Of a DNA stretch of 64,000 nt, positions 45,278 through 55,446 are shown piece by piece (position 1 is the first letter of the stretch; the number at the start of each line of letters is the position of its first letter). The notes below the pieces were generated by a model. That model searched no databases, had not been told where the DNA came from, and was given only the letters and a program-made list of their open reading frames with translations. Location: positions 10,703 to 74,702 of the forward strand of contig JBAYHW010000004.1 of the NCBI GenBank assembly GCA_041665925.1, read 5' to 3'. The position numbers were made by a program, and so were the translations under genes. This DNA is from Minisyncoccota bacterium (GTDB lineage Bacteria; Patescibacteriota; Minisyncoccia; Phycocordibacterales; UBA9973).

Positions 45278-47395
45278 TTATTGTTTAGGTTTGTTAGCGT
45301 TTGAGTCAGGCTTAGGTGTGGAAGAAGGTCCTTTTAGAGAATTAACATACTCTGCAATATCTTTATTGTTTTTTGATAAGACTAAAGCTTTTTCGGCTAA
45401 AGACAAGGCTTCACTTGTATCGCCTTCACTCTTAGCTATCTGAGAAAGTATAAGTAAAGCATCAATGTAGTCTGGCTTGAGTTCGAGTGCAGAGTTAGCA
45501 TAATCTTTAGCAATTTTTGTCTTACCATCAGAAAGTGATACCTTAGCCATAGAAAGTTTTATTCCTGGATTTAGTGGATTAAGATTTGATGCAATTTGAT
45601 AAGCTTCTACTGCTTTAGGATATGCGTCTTTTACTCCAAGGGCTCCTGCGGTATTATAAACAGCCCCGAGCAATAAGAAGTTAATATAATTTGAAGGATT
45701 TTGAGCGACAGCAAGTTGAGAACTTCGGACTGCTTGATCGAAACTAGCTTGCAGTTCTGTTTTTTCCTGCTCAGATAATGCTGAACCTTTATTAGCCAGA
45801 GAACCTAATTTAGCAATATATATCTGCGAATAAGTACGTAAATATAAATCATTAGAATATAAAGAAATAGCTTTTCCTATGTTGGCCTCTGCGTCAGGTA
45901 CAGTAGTAGCACTTACTGCTTTCCCAAAATAAGAAATAGATGCAAACCTTTCTATATATTTGAATGAAGTAGCCACGGCTAGAATTATCAAAAGGATAAG
46001 CCCCATAATAGAGAAGAAACTTTTCCTATGATCATTTAAGAATGAAATTAAAATATGTTCATCTTTCCCTGCTGTAGCTAAACCTATGAAAATCCCAGTA
46101 AAAGACAAAGCAAGTAAGAATATAACAGGTCCAGCAGAATAAAAGAATAATGAGATATATAAATAAAGCGACAAAACAAAGAAGGCTATCATCTCAGAGT
46201 TCACACCCTTTTTAATACTAGAAAATATTGATTTCGAGCCCATCACTAAAAACAAAACTAGAAAAACTATCCAGGCTAGAATACCAAGACCTCCGGTAGT
46301 AGCTGTAAGTGTCGACAACAATCCTGAACCTGATTCAAAATAAACATCCCAGAACTCGATACCATTAATCGCTGCTGTATTTATTTCTATAGGTTTATAC
46401 ATAGCCCAAGCTTCACCGAATCTATTTGGCCCCATTCCTAAAATTGGATCTTTAAGTAAAACTCCTTTGGTCGTAGACAGTGTTGCAGAAAAAGAAGGGC
46501 CGATTTCGGTATTAGAAATTTTTAGAAGATTTGAAATAGTACTACCAAGATACATCGGACCTACTTTGGGAATAGGAATTTGCGGATTTAAAAAGAACAA
46601 CAGAGCAACAATAACTATAACAAATGAAACGGTAGGAAAATTCTTTTTCTTATCTTCCTCTGAAGTTTGCTGAAAAGACAATGAAGCTTTATAAACAAAT
46701 ATTATAAGAGCAGATATGCCGAGAAGAATCCAGGTTAAATAAAAGTTTACGGTCGCCACCAGCAAAACAGAAAGTAGGATAAATATTTGTAAAATAATTT
46801 TTACGATTTTTGAAACTGGAAAAAATTCAACAACTAAAAGAAACATTAAACAAGCAAAACCAGAAAATAGCCCGAGCACATTCCACGAACCCAGTAAATT
46901 CGCAGTTTTCCCTGACAATATCCCAAGAGATAAAGTATCGGGCACAAATAAATGCAGAGTTTGAAAAATAAGCAGAACTGCTGAAGAAAGAATGATGCCA
47001 AGCAGGACCATCTTTGCTTGTTTGGAAGTTCTGAAAATCACTGAAGATAAAAACATTAAAATAAAACCAGCAAAAATAAACCAAAAGCTCCGAGGGTCGA
47101 ACATCGTTCCAAACATTGACGCCTGAGAATTAGAAGAAAGTAATGCAGAAAATAAAAAAACTATTACTATCCCAAGTCCTGAAACTAAAATCCATGATTT
47201 GGGTAAAACTATTTTTCCATCAAAAAATCTCGCCATTGCCCAAAAAATAATACCAATAGCCAACCCTAAAACCAAAAGTAAGCCTTTGGAAATTTCTACT
47301 GGAATGTTCGTAAAGGGTAAACAAAACAAAGGAAGTAAAACAACGACTACGGCTAATGTTAAAAATGACAATCTATCAAAAATATTTGAATTCAT
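45278..47395 (-). CDS. O-antigen ligase/polymerase-like membrane protein with C-terminal TPR repeats
   Basis: Many TM helices incl. Wzy_C-like block; TPR-like repeats in last ~200 aa. Confidence 0.6.
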   Translation of the reverse strand: MNSNIFDRLSFLTLAVVVVLLPLFCLPFTNIPVEISKGLLLVLGLAIGIIFWAMARFFDGKIVLPKSWILVSGLGIVIVFLFSALLSSNSQASMFGTMFDPRSFWFIFAGFILMFLSSVIFRTSKQAKMVLLGIILSSAVLLIFQTLHLFVPDTLSLGILSGKTANLLGSWNVLGLFSGFACLMFLLVVEFFPVSKIVKIILQIFILLSVLLVATVNFYLTWILLGISALIIFVYKASLSFQQTSEEDKKKNFPTVSFVIVIVALLFFLNPQIPIPKVGPMYLGSTISNLLKISNTEIGPSFSATLSTTKGVLLKDPILGMGPNRFGEAWAMYKPIEINTAAINGIEFWDVYFESGSGLLSTLTATTGGLGILAWIVFLVLFLVMGSKSIFSSIKKGVNSEMIAFFVLSLYLYISLFFYSAGPVIFLLALSFTGIFIGLATAGKDEHILISFLNDHRKSFFSIMGLILLIILAVATSFKYIERFASISYFGKAVSATTVPDAEANIGKAISLYSNDLYLRTYSQIYIAKLGSLANKGSALSEQEKTELQASFDQAVRSSQLAVAQNPSNYINFLLLGAVYNTAGALGVKDAYPKAVEAYQIASNLNPLNPGIKLSMAKVSLSDGKTKIAKDYANSALELKPDYIDALLILSQIAKSEGDTSEALSLAEKALVLSKNNKDIAEYVNSLKGPSSTPKPDSNANKPKQ

Positions 47396-47443
47396 ATTGG
47401 ATAATTATACTATAAATTAATAAGCAAATACAATTGAAACTTT

Positions 47444-50314
47444 TTATATCACTATGTTGATAAGTCGGTTTTTGACGTATATTACTATTTGTGGAACTTT
47501 CCCTGCCATGTGCCGAATTACTGACTCATCCGCCAATGCCTGATTCTTGATTTTTTCTTCAGTATCCCCCGCTCCTATCATAATCTCAGCCCTGACTTTG
47601 CCATTTATTTGGACTGCAATTTTTATCTCATCATCTTTTATTAGTGTTTCATCCCATTTTGGCCATATGGAAACATTGATAGATTTTTTCCCACCCGTAG
47701 TTAACCACATCTCTTCGGCAATATGTGGAGCAAAGGGAGAAAGTATTTGTAAGAATTTTTTATAATCTTCTTTTTCTACCCTTTCCGCCTTTTCCATTTC
47801 TGTGGCTAAAATCATTAGTGCCGAAATTGCTGTATTGAAATCCATACTTTCGATGTCTTCTGAAACTTTTTTTATAGTCTTGTGTAATAATTTTGGAACA
47901 GAAGAATTCTGAACGGTGTAGGTCCCACCCGTTACTCCGGGAAGGGTTAAGCCGGAAGAATTTTTCTGTTTCAAAATTTTCTCCCCTATTCGCCAAACTT
48001 TTTCAACAAATCTACGGGCACCAATAATGCTTTCTGTAGACCACGCCACAGACTGATTAAAAGGCCCCATGAACATTTCATAAATACGTAAAGTATCCGC
48101 GCCATAAGTTTTTACTATTTCATCTGGATTTATCACATTCCCGAGAGATTTAGACATTTTAACTCCCCCTTCGCCCAAAATCATCCCATGCGAAGTGCGT
48201 TTCTTATAAGGCTCTGGCGTCGGCACTAGTTTTAAATCATACAAAAACTTGTGCCAAAATCTTGAATATAATAAATGCAGAGTCGTGTGCTCGTTGCCAC
48301 CGTTATACCAATCCACCGGCGTCCAGTATTTTAAATTCTTCTTATCGGCAAAAGATTTGCTGTTCCTGGAGTCGGTGTAACGCAAATAATACCAACTAGA
48401 CCCTGCCCAGTTTGGCATGGTGTCTGTCTCTCTTTTTGCCGGCCCTTTACACTTCGGACATTTAGTATTAACCCATTTGGAAATATTGGCTAAAGGAGAT
48501 TCCCCAGAATCTGTTGGCTGATAATTTTTGACTTTCGGTAGTTCAACAGGTAAATCTTTCTCAGACACTGGCACAAGCCCACATTTTTCACAATGGACCA
48601 CTGGTATCGGCTCTCCCCAATATCTCTGCCTAGAAAACACCCAGTCTCGAAGCTTAAATGTAGTTTTTTCTTTCCCGCCCACAAATTTTATTATTTCTTT
48701 CTTGGCTTGCTCAGAATCCATCCCTGAAAATTCACCTGAGTTATGAAGTATTCCTTCGCCAGAATAAGGTTTTTCTTTACCCTGTAGCATCTCTAAATCT
48801 CGAAGAGATCCACCTATGGTCATCTTTTTTTCTAGTTCTTCCATGGTCATCCATTTTAATTCATGTATTTCTTTCTCTTCTTGAGCTAATTCTTTTTGTT
48901 CATCGTCAATAAGCTCAAAATAAAAGTTCGAGAAGTGAGCAAAGCGATTTTCTTTTTTAGGAACATGATAAAACTTGCTATGTGAGCGTGGAAATTCTTT
49001 TATAAATTTAAAATTTTGATACCCCGTTTCTTCTTTTATTTCTCGAATTGCTGCGATTTTTGGGTCCTCTCCTTCTTCAACTCCGCCTGTTACAAAAGTA
49101 AGCCAATCTACTTTTTTCCATTTCAAGGCTAAATATTTATCTTCCGACCAGTGTTTTATTATAGCGTGTATTGCTTCTCTTTCCACAAACGATAAATCTT
49201 CTTTGGGATTGTCTGAAAATACTGGTTCAATGACTTGTATAACCGGCAAATTAAATTTAGTAGCAAATTCAAAATCCCGCTCATCGTGTGCCGGCACAGC
49301 CATTATTGCCCCAGTGCCATAGTGTGGCAATACATAATCCGCAATCCATATTGGAATTTCTTCTTTTGTCGCAGGATTAATTGCCTTTACTCCTTTTAGC
49401 TCTACCCCTGTCTTTGTTTTATCTTCGGCCGTTCGCTCTATCTCAGTTTCCTTTTTTACTTTTTTAATATAATCCTCAACTTCACTCCAATTCGTAATTC
49501 GTGATTTCAAATTCGCAATTAACTGATGCTCAGGAGCCAAGACTAAATACGTCGCTCCGAAAATAGTATCTGGTCGCGTGGTGAAAATTTTAATTTCACC
49601 CATTTCTTTTATTTCAAATTCTATCTCCGCGCCTTCGGACTTCCCTATCCAATTTCGTTGCGCAAGTTTTATTTGCGGTAAATAATCAACGGTATCTAGA
49701 TCTTTATCTAGTCTTTCTGCATATTTGGTAATTGCTAGCATCCATTGTTCTTTCTCTCTTTTTTCTACAGGAGTCCCACATCTTTCGCAATTTCCCCCTA
49801 CCACCTCCTCATTAGCCAAACCTATTTTATCTTTTGGGCACCAATTGATGGCAATACGCGCTTTATAGGCAAGACCTTTTTTAAAAAATTGCAAAAATAT
49901 CCACTGTGTCCATTTGTAATATTTTGGATCGGTGGTGTTCACCTCTCGAGACCAATCGAAAGAAATACCGAGGGATTTTATTTGTCTTTTAAAATTCTCA
50001 CTATTTTTTTTCGTAACTACTCGCGGGTCCTTACCTGTTTTGATTGCAAAGTTTTCTGTAGGTAATCCGAAGGCGTCCCAGCCTATTGGGTATAAAACAT
50101 TGAAACCTTCAAGTCTGCGCTTCCTGGAAATAACATCCATACCAATGTATGGTCTAGGGTGCCCCACATGAAGCCCGTCCCCAGATGGATATGGAAACTC
50201 AATAAGACTGTAGTATTTAGGTTTTTTAGATTTATTCTGAGCGTGATAAATACCTTTTTTCTCCCATTCATTCTGCCACTTTTTTTCCAGCTTCAAATGC
50301 TCATATGCTTTCAT
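47444..50314 (-). CDS. leuS: leucyl-tRNA synthetase carrying an inserted NUDIX hydrolase domain
   Basis: HVGH, KMSKS, TTRPDT and AHDERD editing motifs; NUDIX box GGVEEGEDPKIAAIREIKEETGY at aa ~409-431. Confidence 0.9.
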   Translation of the reverse strand: MKAYEHLKLEKKWQNEWEKKGIYHAQNKSKKPKYYSLIEFPYPSGDGLHVGHPRPYIGMDVISRKRRLEGFNVLYPIGWDAFGLPTENFAIKTGKDPRVVTKKNSENFKRQIKSLGISFDWSREVNTTDPKYYKWTQWIFLQFFKKGLAYKARIAINWCPKDKIGLANEEVVGGNCERCGTPVEKREKEQWMLAITKYAERLDKDLDTVDYLPQIKLAQRNWIGKSEGAEIEFEIKEMGEIKIFTTRPDTIFGATYLVLAPEHQLIANLKSRITNWSEVEDYIKKVKKETEIERTAEDKTKTGVELKGVKAINPATKEEIPIWIADYVLPHYGTGAIMAVPAHDERDFEFATKFNLPVIQVIEPVFSDNPKEDLSFVEREAIHAIIKHWSEDKYLALKWKKVDWLTFVTGGVEEGEDPKIAAIREIKEETGYQNFKFIKEFPRSHSKFYHVPKKENRFAHFSNFYFELIDDEQKELAQEEKEIHELKWMTMEELEKKMTIGGSLRDLEMLQGKEKPYSGEGILHNSGEFSGMDSEQAKKEIIKFVGGKEKTTFKLRDWVFSRQRYWGEPIPVVHCEKCGLVPVSEKDLPVELPKVKNYQPTDSGESPLANISKWVNTKCPKCKGPAKRETDTMPNWAGSSWYYLRYTDSRNSKSFADKKNLKYWTPVDWYNGGNEHTTLHLLYSRFWHKFLYDLKLVPTPEPYKKRTSHGMILGEGGVKMSKSLGNVINPDEIVKTYGADTLRIYEMFMGPFNQSVAWSTESIIGARRFVEKVWRIGEKILKQKNSSGLTLPGVTGGTYTVQNSSVPKLLHKTIKKVSEDIESMDFNTAISALMILATEMEKAERVEKEDYKKFLQILSPFAPHIAEEMWLTTGGKKSINVSIWPKWDETLIKDDEIKIAVQINGKVRAEIMIGAGDTEEKIKNQALADESVIRHMAGKVPQIVIYVKNRLINIVI

Positions 50315-50354
50315 ATGTCCTAATAATACCTAAAATATGAGCTTTTGCAAAATA

Positions 50355-51275
50355 TTATTGATATTTTGGCGGATAAATATTGTTTGGATTTATAGTTTGA
50401 GAGAAACAATAATACCCAGCTCCATGAACCCAAGATACGTACCCCATAGGACGAGCATATGTATTTGGCTTCGTTACTTCTACTTTGTTGTCTTTATTGA
50501 ATTCTGCACAAAGATCGTACGTAAGAGCTCCTGTTTTTTTGTATTCATAAGGCTTTTGTGTCTGTATATCATTTTGATTTACGTAATAATTAATTGTAGT
50601 AAGTTCAGCTAAATCTTTCGGTAAAGTATTTTTCATTGAATAAAAATTCTGAATCGCATCATTTATCGAGGAAAGATCTGCAACTTTCTGTTCATCGTAT
50701 TTCAGCAATTGCTGCGTTCGAGGAGAACCCAGAACAGCAAATCCCCAGACGATAGACCCGACAATGATCACTAGAGCTACGATACGATATATGTTTCTTA
50801 GTTTAGGTGTCAATTTACCTCTCACGTCAGCAAGATAATAAGAAAAGACCCCAGACGCTATGACCAGAAGAACGAAAATCTTCAACAGAAAACTTGTGGT
50901 TAACTCTTGCCCATCAATAAAGTAATAAAGGACAGTGATTAAATCGATGGCGATAGTGAGACCAGCGATAAATAAAGTTATGTATGTAAGCCAGCGATGA
51001 ATACCTGAATTTTGCTTCTCTGGGTTATTAATGTAATCTTTCCCTAAAAGCCACATCAAAAATATGAAAATCGGAAAGAAAATAATGATAATAGCTACCG
51101 GCCAGCTAATAGAAGAACTACCGAAATAATTGTATCCGTTGTTGATTTGCGGATAGGACTTGTTAATTACAGTAAATAACAAATTTACTAAACTTACGAC
51201 AGTGGTATATAAAGCGACTATAGCTCCTAAATTAATAAAGAAATCTTTTGCACTTGTTTTTGGTTGTGTTTCCAT
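50355..51275 (-). CDS. hypothetical polytopic membrane protein (start uncertain; ORF track 51320)
   Basis: Hydrophobic ORF, no recognisable motif. Confidence 0.4.
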   Translation of the reverse strand: METQPKTSAKDFFINLGAIVALYTTVVSLVNLLFTVINKSYPQINNGYNYFGSSSISWPVAIIIIFFPIFIFLMWLLGKDYINNPEKQNSGIHRWLTYITLFIAGLTIAIDLITVLYYFIDGQELTTSFLLKIFVLLVIASGVFSYYLADVRGKLTPKLRNIYRIVALVIIVGSIVWGFAVLGSPRTQQLLKYDEQKVADLSSINDAIQNFYSMKNTLPKDLAELTTINYYVNQNDIQTQKPYEYKKTGALTYDLCAEFNKDNKVEVTKPNTYARPMGYVSWVHGAGYYCFSQTINPNNIYPPKYQ

Positions 51276-51340
51276 ACCACATATTATATCATGTATCATG
51301 TAGACAATAAATATGACCATTCGGTAAATTCAAGGTCATA

Positions 51341-51706
51341 ATGACACACGGAAATATGAGAAAAAAATTCGAGAATTTTTCGAAAAAATTGACCCGTTGG
51401 ATTGGCTCGCCTCAATCCATTTTTGTTCATACTATTTTTTTTGTAGGTATGTTTTGCTTACGATTATTCGGTATATCTTCCTCAGATGTTCTGTTAATTT
51501 TGACCACAGTAGTATCTTTAGAAGCTATTTACCTTTCGATTTTCATCCAAATGACTGTGAACCAGCATGCTGAAGAATTGGAAGAAGTTTCCGAAGACAT
51601 CGAAGAAATTCAAAAAGACGTGGATGAAATTCAAGAAGACGTGGAAGACATTCAAGAAGAAATCACGGATGAAGAAAATTCAGAGGGAGAAAATACTCAA
51701 ATTTAA
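51341..51706 (+). CDS. DUF1003-like small membrane protein with acidic tandem-repeat tail
   Basis: 2 TM helices then EIQ(E/K)DV(D/E) repeats. Confidence 0.45.
   Translation: MTHGNMRKKFENFSKKLTRWIGSPQSIFVHTIFFVGMFCLRLFGISSSDVLLILTTVVSLEAIYLSIFIQMTVNQHAEELEEVSEDIEEIQKDVDEIQEDVEDIQEEITDEENSEGENTQI
51605..51664 (+). repeat. 21-nt tandem repeat (~2.8 copies) inside CDS
   Basis: gaaattcaaaaagacgtggat / gaaattcaagaagacgtggaa / gacattcaagaagaaatc. Confidence 0.8.
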
Positions 51707-52590
51707 TTTGAATTCCAGATAGCTGTATTCGCAAGCGGGATAACCCGCTTTTTTGATTTCTCTAACACGCATAGTTCACCCTGTTCTATCTCTCCTGTGA
51801 CATCTTGCATAATATCCTTCAGGGCATAGCCGAGAGAAAGCGACGAAGAATCTATCGCATAAGAAGTTACTATCACAAAAAGGGGTTTATCGCTTAAAAC
51901 TTTCTTAACGGATTGTAGAAGCCTTGGCAACATTTCTTCTATTTTCCACACTTCGCCCTTAGGCCCTCTGCCGAACTTTGGTGGATCCATAATTACAGCG
52001 TCGTATTTATTCCCTCTTTTTTCTTCACGCTCAAGAAATTTAATTGCATCATCTTCGATAATTCGCATTGGTAAACCTTTCAAGTCTGGATTTAAATTCT
52101 GGTTTTCTTTTGCCCAGTTAAGAGTTTGATTAGAGGCATCTAAATGCGTCACCTCCGCACCTGCCCGTAAGGCAAAAAGACTCGCTACTCCTGTATAACC
52201 AAATAAATTTAAAAATTTCACGGGCATTTTTGCAGATTTTATTTTTTCTTCTATAAAATCCCAGTGGTTCGCCTGCTCAGGGAAAAATCCAAGATGTCGG
52301 AATGGTGTCGGTAAAGCTAAAAATTTAATACCTTTATATCCCATCTCCCATTTTTCTGTAATTGTTTTAGAAAAAGTCCAGCCCTTTTTTGCCCCAGTTT
52401 TAGAGCTCCAAAATTTCCCGTCAGCATCTGCCCACTCTTTTTTAGATAAAGTCTTAGACCAGACAGCATCTTCATGTGGTCGCACAAAAACATACTTACC
52501 AAATCTCTCCAATTTCTCTCCTTCACCTGTATCTAGGAGTTCATAATCAGCCCAATCTTTACTATAGAAAATTTTAATTTGATTTTGCAT
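51703..52590 (-). CDS. class I SAM-dependent RNA methyltransferase (RlmI/YccW-like)
   Basis: GYTG SAM motif, DPPKF catalytic motif. Confidence 0.7.
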   Translation of the reverse strand: MQNQIKIFYSKDWADYELLDTGEGEKLERFGKYVFVRPHEDAVWSKTLSKKEWADADGKFWSSKTGAKKGWTFSKTITEKWEMGYKGIKFLALPTPFRHLGFFPEQANHWDFIEEKIKSAKMPVKFLNLFGYTGVASLFALRAGAEVTHLDASNQTLNWAKENQNLNPDLKGLPMRIIEDDAIKFLEREEKRGNKYDAVIMDPPKFGRGPKGEVWKIEEMLPRLLQSVKKVLSDKPLFVIVTSYAIDSSSLSLGYALKDIMQDVTGEIEQGELCVLEKSKKRVIPLANTAIWNSN

Positions 52591-52608
52591 AATAATTTTT
52601 TACTTTAA

Positions 52609-53352
52609 TCATTCTCTGTCTATATATGCTACCACAGCTTTATGGTCACTGATTCCTTCTATCAATCTTACGTCTTTCGCTAGATATTTAGGTGTGCTAA
52701 AAAGCCCATCCACCATAAAGACAAGCCCTGGAGCACGATGCAATTTAGGGTCAATACTAGAATCATATTCTTGTGGAATATTATCTTTATATTTAGCTGC
52801 GAAAATACCGAAAGTTTCTCCGCCTCGAGGTGCATTTAAATCTCCGACCAACACAAATTCCTTCAATTGCTCATCTAAAATTGCAGTAATCTTGGAGGCG
52901 TCTTCTTTTTGATACGCTGTTGTTTGGCCATCTGGGGTCCACGTAAAATGAGTACTTGCTATTCTGTAAACTTTTCCCGTAGAGTCAGAGATATCAGCCC
53001 ACATAAGAAGAATGTTGGTATTATTCCTTTCTGTCTTTGCCTTCTCTGCCCTCATAAACTTAGGAATGTTTTTGTCGTCTCCTATAATATATTGATATGA
53101 ACCGACTGTCTTGAAATTAGTTAAAATAGCTACGCCTAAAACCTTCCATTCATCTTTGCCAGAATTAGAAATTCTATAGTAACACATGGGTTTAAAAAAG
53201 CTTTTCATAATTAATGCTTTTTCATATATAGGAAGCATATCTTCAAAAACTTCTTGAAGACAAATTACATCAGGCTTTTCTTTTTGAAAAAAAGGGAGTG
53301 TTGTCTCGAGATGTTTATCTCGCTCTATATTTAAAGAAATAAGTTTCAGCAT
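52609..53352 (-). CDS. endonuclease/exonuclease/phosphatase (EEP) family protein
   Basis: N-terminal ISLNIER, internal GDLN, C-terminal SDHKAV motifs. Confidence 0.75.
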   Translation of the reverse strand: MLKLISLNIERDKHLETTLPFFQKEKPDVICLQEVFEDMLPIYEKALIMKSFFKPMCYYRISNSGKDEWKVLGVAILTNFKTVGSYQYIIGDDKNIPKFMRAEKAKTERNNTNILLMWADISDSTGKVYRIASTHFTWTPDGQTTAYQKEDASKITAILDEQLKEFVLVGDLNAPRGGETFGIFAAKYKDNIPQEYDSSIDPKLHRAPGLVFMVDGLFSTPKYLAKDVRLIEGISDHKAVVAYIDRE

Positions 53353-53354
53353 AA

Positions 53355-54173
53355 TTAAATCAAAAATTCAATGACGTCTCCATCTTTAACAATGTATTCT
53401 TTACCTTCGGTGCGAACCCAGCCGTGTTCTTTAGCTTTAACAAAACTTCCTGCTTCTACAAGCTTATCGTAAGCCACGACTTCTGCCCGTATAAATTTCT
53501 GTTGAAAGTCGGTGTGTATGGAACGCCCTGCTTCTGGAGCAGTAGACCCCCGCTTTGTAGTCCAAGCCCTAGTTTCATCTTCACCAGTGGTCAAAAATGT
53601 AATTAAATTCAATAAATCATATCCAGCTTTTATCAGATTATCCAAGCCTGTGCCGAAAACAGGATCAACTTCGATGTATGGGCCAGGTAATTTAGAAACA
53701 AAATCTTTTTTTACATTCTCTGCAGCCTCGGATTTATTTAATACATAAAGTGTCGGTTTTTTAATTCCCGCTTGCTCTAATTCAAAATTTATAACTTCAA
53801 TATCAAACAGTGGATCAACCTTATCATGCACGTGTATGGTGTTGGGGTCTTCGAAGATTCGCACTACTTCGATAATCGCATCTACTTCGCGAATGTGTGA
53901 GAGGAATTTGTTCCCAAGCCCCGCACCCTCACTTGCCCCTTTTACCAGCCCAGCGATATCAACGAACTCCACTACTGCAGGGATAGTTTTCTTGGACTTG
54001 GACATTTTAGATAAGACATCAAGACGCTCATCTGGAACTGGCACAATGCCCACCGAAGGATCTATGGTACAAAAAGGATAATTCTCCGCGGGTACGCCTT
54101 TTTTAGTAAGAGCATTAAAAAGCGTGGACTTCCCCACGTTTGGCAACCCTACAATCCCTATTGATAGTGACAT
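53355..54173 (-). CDS. ychF: ribosome-binding ATPase YchF (short form lacking central helical domain)
   Basis: GLPNVGKSTLFNALT, FVDIAGLVKGAS, TGS C-terminal domain. Confidence 0.8.
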   Translation of the reverse strand: MSLSIGIVGLPNVGKSTLFNALTKKGVPAENYPFCTIDPSVGIVPVPDERLDVLSKMSKSKKTIPAVVEFVDIAGLVKGASEGAGLGNKFLSHIREVDAIIEVVRIFEDPNTIHVHDKVDPLFDIEVINFELEQAGIKKPTLYVLNKSEAAENVKKDFVSKLPGPYIEVDPVFGTGLDNLIKAGYDLLNLITFLTTGEDETRAWTTKRGSTAPEAGRSIHTDFQQKFIRAEVVAYDKLVEAGSFVKAKEHGWVRTEGKEYIVKDGDVIEFLI

Positions 54174-54222
54174 AAAGAAAATATAGCAGAAATATCCACA
54201 AAAAGAAAACTAAATTTTAATA

Positions 54223-55446
54223 TTACTCATACCTTAAGGCATCTATAGGACTGAGGTTCGCAGCTCGTCGCGCAGGATAATAGCCAAAAATAATTCCTGT
54301 TGCGGCAGAAACTCCAAATGCAAGCAGAACGGAAGCCAGAGATACGCTCGTCGCCACAAGACCACTCAGATTTACGACAAACGAGATTAGCCAGCCGAGT
54401 ACAATACCTATGATTCCGCCGACAAGAGTGAGTGCAATAGCTTCGGCTAAAAACTGTGTTGAGATGTCCTTTTTTCGCGCACCGATCGCCTTACGAAGAC
54501 CAATTTCCTTTGTACGTTCAGTGACAGTCGTAAGCATCATATTCATAATACCGATACCTCCTACGAGAAGTGAAATACCGCCAATTGCCGCCAAGAGATA
54601 TGTGAGTGTTGAAGTTATACTAGAAGCTGAAGACAAGATGTCGCTCTGATTAAGAACACTAAAATCCGCCAGAGTCGCCTCTTTAATTTTATGTCGATTT
54701 AAAAGCAAAGTGGTAATATCTGCCTGAACTTGGCTCATCACCGTAGGTGTTGTGGCCTGCACAGCAATTGTCGTCAGATACTGATCCCCTGAAAGATATC
54801 TTTGAGCACTCTTCACTGGTATATAAATTATATCGTCTTGATTCTGAAAACCACTACCTCCTTTCGCTACAGTGACGCCAATTATTTTAAATTGCAAACC
54901 ATTAATACGAATTACCTGCCCAACTGCATTTGACCCTTCTCCAAACAAATCATCGCGAGTTGTTGGGCCAAGCACCGCGACCTTGGCTGCCGAATTATTG
55001 TGTATGCTCGAGATGAAAGATCCTTCAGCTACTTCTACATTACGAATTTGAGGGTAAACCTCAGTAACTCCCGTAACACTGGTGTTGGTATTGGTACCTT
55101 TGGCGGTGATTTGATATCTACTCGAAACCTCGGGGTCCACTGCCTGCACACCTGATATTTGTGCAGAAATTGCCGCAGCATCCTCGTTGGTGAGAGTCTT
55201 CGCACCGCCCCGCCCAGCTGAAGCGGCAAAGCCTTGTGTTCGTTGTGCCCCTGGCGTAATCTGTATGAGATTCGATCCTAGAGCTTCGATTGAAGAAGAG
55301 ATTGTGTTGGAGGCACCTGTACCGATACTCACCATGGCTATGACTGAAGAAATACCAATCACAATCCCTAACATTGTTAATCCAGACCGAACTTTGTTTG
55401 CCGAAAGGGCGGCATATGTTTCATGAATAATATCTTTAAGCTTCAT
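54223..55446 (-). CDS. MacB/FtsX-type ABC permease with large extracytoplasmic domain (start moved to MKLKDII)
   Basis: N-terminal TM, ~250-aa periplasmic domain, C-terminal 3 TM FtsX block. Confidence 0.8.
   Translation of the reverse strand: MKLKDIIHETYAALSANKVRSGLTMLGIVIGISSVIAMVSIGTGASNTISSSIEALGSNLIQITPGAQRTQGFAASAGRGGAKTLTNEDAAAISAQISGVQAVDPEVSSRYQITAKGTNTNTSVTGVTEVYPQIRNVEVAEGSFISSIHNNSAAKVAVLGPTTRDDLFGEGSNAVGQVIRINGLQFKIIGVTVAKGGSGFQNQDDIIYIPVKSAQRYLSGDQYLTTIAVQATTPTVMSQVQADITTLLLNRHKIKEATLADFSVLNQSDILSSASSITSTLTYLLAAIGGISLLVGGIGIMNMMLTTVTERTKEIGLRKAIGARKKDISTQFLAEAIALTLVGGIIGIVLGWLISFVVNLSGLVATSVSLASVLLAFGVSAATGIIFGYYPARRAANLSPIDALRYE

Noticed and set aside
45240-45443. 67-aa + strand ORF
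   Set aside because: It starts inside the murJ-associated inverted-repeat element, runs antisense to the 3-prime end of the O-antigen-ligase gene, and has no motif.
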